Assembly (NCBI GenBank): GCA_013265495.1
Contig: MU057887.1
Span: 3,445,576-3,509,575, forward strand
Length of the DNA: 64,000 bases
DNA from: Vicugna vicugna
Lineage: Eukaryota
Direction of reading: 5' to 3'
In this document: one piece after another, positions 22,730 through 33,600 of the stretch
Layout of the letters: every line of letters begins with the position of its first letter
How positions within the stretch are numbered: position 1 is the first letter of the stretch
Program-made: the position numbers and the translations under genes
The notes under the pieces: model-generated
Seen by the model: only the letters and a program-made list of their open reading frames with translations
Database searches by the model: none
Told to the model about the DNA's origin: nothing

Positions 22730-25350
22730 TTGGGCGAGCTAGTATTCTGTTTAGGACTCTGTGTTTATGCTCACCAAGGAAATGCGTCTATAGATTTCTA
22801 CACTTTTATTAACCTGATTTGCTTGTCATTTACTGCAGATCACATGACCCATATAAAATGAGCAGGGCGGCCACGGCTCTTTATATATTTCCTGAACAGT
22901 CTGCATGCAGTTGGCACCAGCTGCTGCTTAAAAGTTCGGTGGATCTCACCGAACCATCAAGGTTTGGTTTTCTTGTTTACCTTTGTATTTTGAGATACTT
23001 GTAGATGTCATGGAGGCCCCTTGTACCGCTCACCCGGCTTCCCCCATGGTACCGCGTGCTACAGCTGCTGAGCTGCAGTGCAACAGCACACCAGCAAGTC
23101 ACCACTGGCACAACACGCTGACCTTATTCACATGTCCCCAGTTTTACATGCACTCGTTTGTGTGTCCATGCATGTGCGTAGTCTGTGCAGTTTTGTCACG
23201 TGTGTAGGCTTGTGGGTGCGCCACCACCGTCCCTCTCCACTCTACACCTGGGCAATGACTAATCCGTTCTCCGTCTCTGGTTTTGTCATTTCAAGAATGC
23301 TGTAGGAGGGGGATTACTGTGTGATGCGTCATCTTCTGAGATTGTTGTTTTTCACACAACTTATTCCCCTTGGGATTCATTTAAGGAGCTGCCTCCATGA
23401 ACAGTTCGTTCCTGTTGGTTGCTGAGTAATACTCCACAATGACCACCATTTAGCCGCCTGCTGACTGAAGGACACTCGAGTTGTTTCCAGTTATACTACA
23501 AAATTGCTATGAACACTTGTGTACAGGTTTTTGTGTGAATGGAGGTTTTCATTTCCCTAGGATAAATGCACAGAATTTCATACTGGGTCGTATGGGTAGT
23601 TGCATGTTTAGTTTTGGGAGAAAAAAGAAAATCTGCCGCACCTTTTCCGAGAACACTGCGCCGCCTTGAACCCGCACCGGCAGCGTGGGAGCGCTCCATT
23701 TTCCCTGCATCCCCGCCAGCATTTGATGTCATCACTGGTTTTTAAGCCACCTGGTACGTGTGTGGCGACCTCACTGCAGTTTGCGTTTTCCTGGGGATGT
23801 TGGCCATTTTTCACGTGCTTACCTGCCGTCTGTGTACTCACGTCAGCGAGGTGTCTGCTCACGTCTTTTGCCCATTTCCTAGTTGGACTGTTTTTCCCGT
23901 TGAGCCCTGAGGGCTCCTTGTGCACCCCTTCTGCGGGCCGGCGCCAGCTGTGCGGCTTGCAGCTGTTTCATTCTGTGGCTTGTCTTCACCCTCGTCACAG
24001 GGGCTTCTGCCCCATGAAGCAGAGGGCGCTTTCACTTTTCACTTTGAGGCCCTGTTCATCCATTTTTCCTTTATCGGTCTTGCTAAAGTTTTATCAGTTT
24101 CATTTTTTTCAAAGCAGTTTTGAGTTTTAATTTTCTTCATTGCTTTCCTGTTTTTGTTGATTTCTGCTCTTTGTTGTTTCTTTCCTTCTGGCTTTAGGTT
24201 TCCTTGGTTCTTCTTTTACTAACTTCTTAAGTTGGAAGGTTATGTTATGGACTTCTTTCTTCTGTTTCTAATATAAGAATTTATGTTGTAAATTTCCCTT
24301 TAAGCACACACTCCAGCCAGATCTTACAAATTTGGGTATGTTGCATTTCCATTTTTGTCAGTTGGAAGTATTTTTTAAATTCCTTTGAGACATTCCTTTG
24401 GTCCATGGATTACTCAGATTGTGTTGTTTAATTTCCAAGTGTTTGAAGATTCCCCCTGCTGTCTTTCTGCTTCTGGTGTCCAGTTTAATTTCATTAAGCT
24501 CAGAGAACACATTGTTCAATTACAGTGCTTTCAGTTGTGTTAAGGTTTGCTCTATGACCAGAGGAGCAACCATCTTGGTGACAGTCCAATGTGCTCTTCA
24601 AGAGTGCTGATCAGACCTGGCAGGTCGACAGTGCTAGTTGCTGTTTTGAACCGCTGTCGTTAGGTGCGTACACATTTAGGGTTGTTATGTGTCTTCTGTG
24701 AAGTGATCTGTTCATCGGACGTGATGTCCCTCTTTCTCTCACCCCTTCAGCCTGTCTGTGCTGAAACTATCAATCTTGCTTAAGTTTTACCAGTTTTACC
24801 TTTTCAAAGGAACAGTTTTCAAAGAAGCATTCCCTTTGAAGTCGGTTTCTTGTAGACAGCACATAGTTCATGCTTTCTTATTCATTCTGACTTCTGTCCT
24901 TTAATTAGACCATTTACATTTAGTGCAATTTTTCTGGTTAGGTCTAGTGTTTTATTTGCTTTCTGCTTTTCATTTTCCTGTTTCTTCTTTCACTCTGTTT
25001 CAGTTACTTGAACTTTCTTGGGTATTTCATTCTAACTCATCTATTGTGTTGTTTTGCTCTGTCAGCTCGTTTACTGCATCTCCTGGTGCCACTTTCTGAG
25101 TGGTCGCTTTAGGGGTTACGGTATGCATACTCACCTTTCCACAGTCAACTGAGAATCAGTATTTTATCCATTCAGCTAGAAGGCGGGAGCCTTCCCCTTT
25201 CTAGTTTAGTCCTCTTGTTTGTTATGTCTACAGACGTAAAACTCCCTCAGACAATGTTATAATTTTTACTTTCAGTGATAATTTTAAAGCAAAACTTTTG
25301 AAAGTCAGGAGAAGGAAAATCTATCATATTTACTCAGATAGTCACTGACT
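22730..25350 (-). mobile_element. Cluster of old antisense L1 fragments (L1MC-like 3' end at ~22990-24000 plus ORF2 pieces)
   Basis: 'ttgtttccagttatactacaaaattgctatgaacacttgtgtacaggtttttgtgtgaatg'; T-rich reverse ORF2 motifs 'ttgtaaatttccctttaagcac' and 'gtttcttgtagacagcacatagtt'. Confidence 0.85.
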
Positions 25351-25764
25351 TTGATGTTTTTAAAGTTGACTAGAGTGACCCCAGGCTGCTACAGATGCAC
25401 CGTCAGATGGAACCTCCAGGGATCACATCTCAGGGTCCAAGTGAGGGTGGGGTCAGGCATGATGACCTGGGACTGGGGACCCATATCGGATTCTGCAGGA
25501 GTCCCAGCCAATGCAGGCATAGGGCTTTATGCAGCAGACGCACTAGCAGAACCAGGAGATCTCCTTTTCGTGGACAGCCACCAGCCCAGAGTGTGAAGCA
25601 GGAGTACTCCTGCCCCTCCCCCACTAGGACGGCCTGGGCCCAAGGAGCCCCCCGCGGGGTACCGGATTGGACACTGGACATCCCGGGACTCCTGCTGCTG
25701 CAAACGCAGTTGTGCCGCTTACCATCAGGGGCCACACTGAGCTCTTTCCATATGTCAACCTGCT

Positions 25765-25910
25765 CATCTTCACACCAATCCTGGAACAGCTGGTGTTTTC
25801 AGCCCCGTTTTACAGATGGGAAAACAGAATAGAGAGAGGCCAGTCAAATTCCCCAAGATGACACAGCAGTAACTGGTGAGGCTGGGTTCTGGACCCAGAG
25901 AGCCTGGCCT
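25765..25910. mobile_element. MIR SINE
   Basis: MIR core 'ccccgttttacagatgggaaaacagaa...ccccaagatgacacagcagtaactggtgaggctgggttctggacccag'. Confidence 0.85.
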
Positions 25911-25959
25911 GGGGCTGCTCACCTACCCACCACGCTGCCGGGACAGCCAAAAGCTAAGT

Positions 25960-26088
25960 GAGTTCAAAGCAGCAGGGCCTGGATTGAGGGGCGTAAACGC
26001 AAGAGCCTGTTGGTGGCACACAGTGCATCTGCTTCAGACCACGAAGTTTTGGGGCTGATTTGTTATGCAGCAAAGGCTAGCTGATACA
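25960..26088 (+). mobile_element. MLT1 (MaLR) LTR 3' end fragment
   Basis: MLT1 terminus 'gttttggggctgatttgttatgcagcaaaggctagctgataca'. Confidence 0.75.
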
Positions 26089-26149
26089 AGGGGAAAGGGC
26101 TTAGGTTGGTATCTTTCCTTTGTTATTTGATAGAAAAGAATAGTCTTTA

Positions 26150-26585
26150 GCTTAGATGTGAGATACAAGAAATAACTATAAATGAACACTTGAATTTCTA
26201 CCACTCAGGCTCAAAAAGCAGAATTTCTGAAGCCACTGTGTGACCCACCCCCACCATACCCCCTCCACCCTGTGAAACACCATCCTGAATTTTGTGTTTC
26301 TAGCTTCCTGGATTTTTTTAAATCTTTTTTCCACATCTGTGAGGAAGCCCAAGGGATGTGCTGCTTGGTTGGGGTGCTCTGGCCCCAGGGCAAGTGGACT
26401 CGTGCTGGCGTTATGCTGGGATGCTGTCTCCTCTCTCCGTGAAGTGCCCAAGCCTGCACGTCCTGCGAGTCACTCACTTTGGTGTCGCCCACTGAAAGTG
26501 TCCCAACTGGTTTGTCCACTCCACCACACCAGGCACCTGGGCTGTTTCCATCTTTCGCAAAGTTACAAAAATCACCATGATGACA

Positions 26586-26623
<38 letters not shown>

Positions 26624-27420
26624 ATGCCCAGAAGAGAGCTTGTCTCGGACTTCCCGCAGGTGTGCAGGGGGACTAGGTATGGATACGTGCGGGCAGGTGC
26701 GATGCCCTGGGCCATTTACTTCACATGCACACTCTGTCCTTGTCCACAGGGGCCATGACGGGAAAGGCTGGAAACCACTTGAAGGGACACACACCCCAAC
26801 GCTGCTCAGTTTCACTTACTCTCGCTCTGAATCGACCCCAACAGTTTACACTCCCCCAGCCCAGCCCCACAGCCTCACCAGTGCTCGGTGGTGTCAGACT
26901 GTGGAGGGTGTGTGAAACGCTTTTAATTACACTTGTAATTTGCATCCAGCTGAATACTGGGAGCTTCTCCCCAGGACAACCCTGTTTCTCTTCCAAGCTC
27001 CAATCCTTCATTCATTGTTGTCGTATTTGTCTGTTTCTTGTTGATTTGTAGGAGTTAGTACCACATTCTGGACACAGTCCTTTGTCAGCAGAATGCATCA
27101 CAGATATCTCCTCCCAGTTGGTGGCCTCTGTGTCCATCTACTTATGCTGTTGATGAATTTAATATAGCCGAGCATGTCAATCTTTTCCTTTGTGTTTGTA
27201 TTTCTGGGGCTTAAAGAAATTATTCCTTAGTCCATAGTCATAGTATGTTCTCCTATGTTGTCTTATAAAATTGTTATAAGTGTTTATATGACCGTTAAGT
27301 GCTTAATCCATCTGGAACTGATTTCTGTGTATGGAGGGAGATTAGACGCTGCTATCTTCGCTTTTCTAGATGGTAACCAACTTCTCCAGCATCAATGATC
27401 AATGTCTGCTTTCCCCACTG
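26150..27420 (-). mobile_element. Old L1ME-like 3' region, containing (CA)n at 26589-26621
   Basis: 'catcctgaattttgtgttt', 'ggcacctgggctgtttcca', 'ttaatccatctggaactgatttctgtgtatgg'. Confidence 0.75.
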
Positions 27421-27859
27421 GGGGGGCAATGCCAGCTCTGTTAGAAATCACACAGTGATTACATCTCAGACTTCTCCCCAGACCCTGCACATCATCAGGA
27501 CCAAGCTCTGTGCCCCCATCAGGGGCCCACGTTCAGTGACAACTCATCTCCCAGGATGTCCTCTTTCTCCACAGCTCTGGGCTCCGTGGACTCCTTACTT
27601 TCCTGGTAGTTCAGTGACCTGATGAAAAGATCTTTTAAAATAGATTGGGTCAAATTGAGTACACTCCAATAAAAAATAGGAATTAGAAAGAAAAAGAATA
27701 GGTTGTAACCAGCACTTACAGTTGTTTTTGGTCGGATTCTATTACATCCACTGCATTGTGGGTAGACCCCCTGAATAGATCACCTCACTCACAGCCCGTG
27801 GGCATTCAGACTCGCCATCACGCTTGCCAGCTTATTTGATCACAATCCTTTCCGGCATT

Positions 27860-28720
27860 TCAGTCTAAAATACACCCTCTCAAGTTCTTTCAGTGAAAGC
27901 AAACTCCTGGTCTTGCTCTCAAACTGTCTTTACCCTCACTCTTGAATATTTTAGCTGGGTATAGAATTCTGCATTGACGGTTTTGCTTTCCAGCCACACG
28001 TTGAAGATCTCACGTTGCCCTCAGCCATCACACTTCTGATGAGAAGTCTTTTTTTCTAGTTGTCTTTGTTTGGATAGTAATGTTTCTGCTCTCTGGTAAA
28101 GTGTGATATTTTTATGTGTGTGTGTATGTGAATGTGTATGAGAATTGTGTGGGGGTGTGTCTATATGTGGATACATGTGGATGTATGGGTGTGTGTGTGG
28201 ATGTGTGTGGGTCTGAGTGTGTGCCTGGGCCTCTAATGTTCTGCCATGTCACTTCAACTTCAACATGATCAGGGTGTGTATTTGGTCTTTACTTGCTTCA
28301 GTCAGTAGCTGTTTTCTTGACTCTTGGAAAACTCATCTAGCATCTCTCCAGGCACTGCCCATCCACTGACCCCCCTCTTTTCCTTCCTCTGGAATCTCGG
28401 CAGGTGAGTGCTGGACTTTCCTGTTCTACCTCTCACCCCATCTCTTCTCTTTGTGAGAAAGTGACTTTCTCAGATCTGTCCTCAAATTCACTGATTTTCT
28501 CCTCAGTTGTATCTAATCAACCATCTAACCTGTCTGTTTACTTCTCACATTAAATAACTCTGATTTTTCTTCTACACATTCTCTCTCTTTCTTTTTCGTT
28601 TGTTTACAATTTATCTCCTTTACTCATAGTTTCCTATTTTTGCCTTATTGTTCTTGTATTATTTATTTTCCTTACAAATGTTAGACACACCCATTTTAAA
28701 GGAGCTCATAGAATGTTCCA
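27860..28720 (-). mobile_element. Old L1 ORF1 region (antisense)
   Basis: 'ttttagctgggtatagaattctgcattgac', 'ttctgatgagaagtc', 'tcagatctgtcctcaaattcactgattttctcctcagttgtatctaatc'. Confidence 0.8.
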
Positions 28721-29069
28721 CCATCTTTCATCTCCAGGTGCACAGGCCCCCATTTCTTTCATCAGCCCCCAGGGCTGCCCTCAGGGTGATTCATTCCCTC
28801 GGCATGCTTTCATCTTTCATTCTGAGCTCACCTCTAGTGGGTTCTTCTCCATGGCAGCCTCCTTTGCTTAATTTGTGGAAAACCACACCCCCAGGACACA
28901 GGGCTTTCACTGGATCCACACATGTTTGCATCTTAACTCTTTAAGTTGTCTTCCCAGGGAACAAGGGGTGTAAATCCCACATACAGACGCAATTAAGGCT
29001 GGAGTCTCCCATCTTCCTTCCACTGAGAAGCTCTTACCAAGCACGTATCCTGAACCAGGCACCTCCCTC

Positions 29070-29752
29070 TTACCTGACCCCTAGTCCACCCCAGCCCCGA
29101 CCCCTGACCCCCAACCCCCAGCCCACCCCAGCNNNNNNNNNNNNNNNNNNNNNNNNNNNNNNNNNNNNNNNNNNNNNNNNNNNNNNNNNNNNNNNNNNNN
29201 NNNNNNNNNNNNNNNNNNNNNNNNNNNNNNNNNNNNNNNNNNNNNNNNNNNNNNNNNNNNNNNNNNNNNNNNNNNNNNNNNNNNNNNNNNNNNNNNNNNN
29301 NNNNNNNNNNNNNNNNNNNNNNNNNNNNNNNNNNNNNNNNNNNNNNNNNNNNNNNNNNNNNNNNNNNNNNNNNNNNNNNNNNNNNNNNNNNNNNNNNCTC
29401 GGACCCGGCTTCCTGGGATCTCGCGTCCTTGCTAGTGGTGGGCGCGGATTTCATGACGCCGGTTGGCCTGCCTGAAGTTTGGGGTGCAGGTGGGGCGCCG
29501 TGGCCTGGGCTTTCCAGGTTTACTTCTCATTACAAGGGGTTGGGGCAAACAGAGAGGGCCGATGATTTGTCTTCGAGGCGCGCTTTAGTGTTGGGTGGTC
29601 CGGTTGTGCCCCGAGCCGGAGACCTGCGCCTCCCCGAAGCATCCTGAACCCCAGGACTTGGGACAACGCGGAAGACCGGCTCCCCAGCCCACCCCAGCCA
29701 TGACCCCCAGCCCTGACCCCAGCCCACCCCTGCCCTGACCCCTGACCTCTGG
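29070..29752. repeat. C-rich degenerate repeats (CCCCAG/CCCTGA/CCCAC units) on both sides of a 265-N gap and a CpG-rich core
   Basis: 29070-29132 and 29682-29752 share 'ccccagcccaccccagc' and 'ccctgacccc'. Gap at 29133-29397. Confidence 0.85.
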
Positions 29753-29898
29753 CCACCTTGCTGCATCTACCACTTGTCAGTGGTTTCTTTCATCCGCTTC
29801 ATGGGGAAGGAGGCCGTCAACTTCCCGGCAAGCCTGGTCCTTGGTGTCCATGTGGACTTTGTGCCCCTAAAGCCCAGCCTTGAGCCTTCAGCACTTCC

Positions 29899-30038
29899 TC
29901 CCAGCACCCCGCCCCACCCTCAGTCTCCTGGACCCTTCATCCTCCTGGGCCGGGGAGACCCCAACCCTTTCACTTCCCAGCACCCCGCCCCGCCCTCAGT
30001 CTCTTGGATCCTTCGCCCTCCTGGGCCGGGGGGGACCC
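29899..30038. repeat. Tandem duplication, period 76 bp, 2 copies
   Basis: tcccagcaccccgccccaccctcagtctcctggacccttcatcctcctgggccggggagaccc vs tcccagcaccccgccccgccctcagtctcttggatccttcgccctcctgggccggggggaccc. Confidence 0.93.
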
Positions 30039-31149
30039 TGCCCCCTAACCTTCTCTGCATATTTCTGTCCTATACTAGCATCTCCAAGCTGTGGGCCTGG
30101 GGAGCAGGTCAGAGGGAGTCAGGGAGGAGCTGACCCTGGGAGGGGAGGAGAGGTGTTAAAAAGTCAGCAGGGAACTGAGCTTCCCCCAGGCCCCACCCTG
30201 ACAGAGGACAGGGACAGAGCAGGCTGACGCAACTTAATTAGGGGGGACTCAATTCCCAGTCACTGGAGCTCAGGGGGGCCCTTAAACCCCACTGGGGCTG
30301 CTGCCCGGCCCCTCTCTCTGCCCAGCTGGGGAGGAGACGTGCCCTAGCCATGCCTGCATTCCTTCCCCAGGCCCCGACTTATGCCGCCTGGGACCCTGCC
30401 CCACCAGGCGTCAGATCTGGGGAGAGACGGAGAGAAGGCCGGCCTTGAGTCCCTCCCGGGACAGCAGCCGCAGGGGGACCAGTCGGCCTGGACGCCCCCA
30501 GGACCAGGACCAGCGCCTGGAAGGAGCCCAGGGAGCAGGTTCCCCAGCCGCGCTCGGTCAGCTGCCCCTCGGACGTCCGGTCTCTCCCACCCGTGACCGG
30601 GGAAGGCGGCTAAACCTGGCAAAGATTCCTGAACCGGCATCTGGTGGAAGCACAGGCCAGCGAGCTCGATTACAAGCGTCTCCAGAAGCTGCAGGAAAAT
30701 CAATCTCTTTTCATCTTGGAAATAATGAAATTTTCCGAATTCCTGCCCAAAGACTGTGGTGGGCCAGGCGGGCACTGCGCTCCAGGGGATCCTGTGAAGG
30801 TGGAGAGCTGGACGTGCCAGACCCGAGGAGCTGGCCAAGCTTGTCCACCAGGGCCCAGTGCTCCTGGCTCAGAGCCACTCACCTCCGCTGTCCCCGGGCC
30901 TCCCTGTCCCGGGCACACACAGCAGGCGAAGGGACAGGCCCCCAGGGAGGGTGTCAGCAGGGCCGGGTCAGGGCCAGGGGGCCACGCCATCTGCTCCAGG
31001 ACCCGCCCGGGATGTTGCGTCTCCTTGGCCGCCTCTGGTCTGTGACAGGTTCCCAGAGGAGGGGACAGCGTCAAAGAGACCACAGACCCAGGAGGTCGGG
31101 AGGGCCCCCGCGACAAGCAGAGAGAGGCCTGGGGGCCTAGTAGGGCAGC

Positions 31150-31370
31150 ACGTGTGCGTGTGCGGGTGCACTGGTCCCCATGTGCGCGTGCTCGGGTGCA
31201 CGGTCCCCACGTGTGCGCATGTGGGCCTGTGTCTGTGCACACGCGGTATGTGAGCGTGCCGAGGTGTCTGTATGTCCTGTGAGGTGCACACGTGCGTGCG
31301 TGTGCGTGCACAGGAGTTCTTGGTGTGGGCCTGCGTGACTGGTGGTGTTTTCTGTGCACATGTGCGTGTT
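31150..31370. repeat. Degenerate (TG/CG)n low-complexity tract
   Basis: Alternating purine-pyrimidine 'gtgtgcgtgtgc...gtgcacacgtgcgtgcgtgtgcgtgcac'. Confidence 0.85.
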
Positions 31371-31543
31371 GCCAACTAAAAATTGTGGCTGGCCACCAGG
31401 CTTAGAAGAATGCAGCCACTGACCTTCCACACAGCCTGAGAGGCGTGCAGCGGGGCCCAGGAGCGCGGAGCGCTGGCAAGCGCTGACCAGCGCTGACAGA
31501 GCGGCCCACAGGTGCTCAGGTACTTCAGAAGATTTTATGAGCC

Positions 31544-31965
31544 CGTGGACTAAGAACAATGCATAACCTCAACGTTGGGAGTTAGTTTTATTCGTGGACT
31601 TTCTGAGGATGCGAGCCAGGGAGGCGGCCTCTCAGTTGGCTCTGGGGGACGGCTCTGCACAGGCAGGCGAGGAGCCAGGATATATGAGTTTCTGAAACAA
31701 AGACCAGGTAGTCAGAACATTTAAAGACGACTGTTAATTAAAAAAAAAAACGGACATCTCAAGTTAAGGAATTTAGTGCTTTTCTATGTGTGGGAAGGTG
31801 CAGAGGTCTGGGCTCATTGAAATCACCCCTCTCATCTGCACTGAGCGCTCCAGGGCCACTGTCCCGTGCTTTCCCACCCTGCGTCCCCTCAGGGGGCACC
31901 GTTGGGGGCTACAGAGGCCGGGCTGCCTGCTCGACTCCACCCTGAGTTCCCTCCGGCTCACGCCC
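31544..31965 (-). mobile_element. ERV1 solo LTR, MER41-like (artiodactyl type)
   Basis: 'gttttattcgtggactttctgagg' (reverse AATAAA) and 'gacatctcaagttaaggaatttagtgcttttctatgtgtgggaaggtgc'. Homologous to 51450-51850 in the opposite orientation. Confidence 0.88.
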
Positions 31966-33007
31966 CCTCCCATGATCCTGTCCCAGGACTGGAGGATCTT
32001 CCCTCATCCTGCCACCACCCAGACCCTGGGGACCCCACGCCCGTCCTCACGGCCTCCTCCCCTGCCCCCTCCACGGTCCCCCAGCCCAGCCTGGGCCACC
32101 GGCCCCTGGGGCGACCCGCCTGGACCGCCGTCTCCTCTCCCTATAAGGTCACTCCCTCCAAGAAAGCAAATTTTAATCACTTAGGGCAGGCAGGCCGGCC
32201 TCGAGGCGGCTTCCGCGGGGATGGTCCATCAGTGAGCGCAATTACAGGAGGAGCTGATCCCGCCCGGAAATGCTAACAAGAGACTGAGCCCTCACAGAGG
32301 GGAGAGGCGCTTTTGAAAAGCCAGAGGGAAGGCTTTGAGATGCTAATGCCAGCCCAGAACAGCCCAGGAGGCCGGACAGGGAGGAGGCGGGAGGGTGGTG
32401 GGCAGCCTCGACCCTCCACCCCAGCACTTGGGGGCCTTCAGGCCTACCTCCTCCCACACCGCCGTCCAGAAGTCCCCCTTTCCCAACAGACTCAGGCTCT
32501 CAGCCGCCCTGGCCAGGACCTCAGGCCGCGGTCAAGGCCGGCACGGCAGAGTCCTCACTGTGGGCGAAAGTGTCCAGGAACCAGGGGTCACGGTGCCCCG
32601 TCCACAGAGCAGGGAGCCCCAAGTGGCCATTGAGAACAGCCCCGGGAAGCCCCCAGGCCCCCGAGGACGGAGCCCGGGGCTGGACTGGCCACTCCCTGCC
32701 CAGCCCTTTTCCTCACAGCCCTGAGCTCGGGGCAGAGACACCGGACCATGGGGACTGTCCTGGCCGGACATCCCATCGACAGTCCAGAGAGGGGCGAGAC
32801 CAGCCCGGTCACCCAGAGCAGGAGCCGGAGGCCGGCGGTCACCTGCAGGGTAGACGATGCCCCAGCTGTGGGGCAGTCAGGTCAGTCACCGCACGTGCTT
32901 ATAAGACACAACTCTCGCAAACCCCGGCGCACACGGGCACACGCAGCCACACATGTCGCACGTGCAGCCACACGCGTCACACACTGGCGCAGGCGCACAC
33001 GCATGCG

Positions 33008-33600
33008 AGACAGGAGGGAAGGGGGCAGGACACAGCCGCTCAAGGACTGACAGCAATTAACACCAAAATGGTGGAAGATTCCCCTCCCAGTTGGCCCTGA
33101 GGACTAAGAGGCTTGGCTTCTAGCAGACCCTGGGCTTCATCATATGCTCCTTGTAACTGCGGGTAAGTGGCATGCCCGCAGGCGCCATGACAGCCCCGAG
33201 GCTAACCACAGGAGGTCAGAGTGGGCGGCGGCCGGTTCCTGGGAACCCCAGCCCCTCCCCAGGGCAGCTGGAGCGGTCCCACCTGTAGGCGCGTGACGCT
33301 ACCGAGCCCATAAGGCCTGGCACCACCACACCTGGCTGCCCTTTCTCGCTCCCTGTTCCTTGGAGCCGGCCCGCACTCTGGCTGTGGAGTGTGTGCCTGC
33401 TTTTACTCTAGCCTGAGCGCCCAGTTCCCACGGCCCTTTCCTGGTCTTTCTCTGGCCTCACACCCCGTGCGGTGTGTGTCTCTAAATACATCTACCCTTA
33501 CTCAGCTCCGGCCCGCACTTTAACTCTTTCCTGCACGAAGCCAAGGACCCACACTTGGCAGGACACGTCCCAGGGGCTCAGCCAAGACCTGAGGCACGGC
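33008..33600 (+). mobile_element. ERV1-type solo LTR
   Basis: 5' 'caggagggaagggggcaggacacagcc...ccaaaatggtggaagatt'; internal 'gcccgcaggcgccatgacagccccgaggctaacc'; U5-like 'actctttcctgcacgaagccaaggacccacacttggca'. Confidence 0.75.

Noticed and set aside
30644..30770. Protein-like stretch EAQASELDYKRLQKLQENQSLFILEIMKFSEFLPK as an exon
   Set aside because: No family recognised, no convincing splice sites on both sides and no partner exons. It could equally be a conserved non-coding patch, and a TBLASTN or RNA-seq check would be needed.
31544..33600. Two neighbouring LTRs as the ends of one provirus
   Set aside because: They differ in sequence and orientation, and there is no gag/pol/env sequence or primer-binding site between them.
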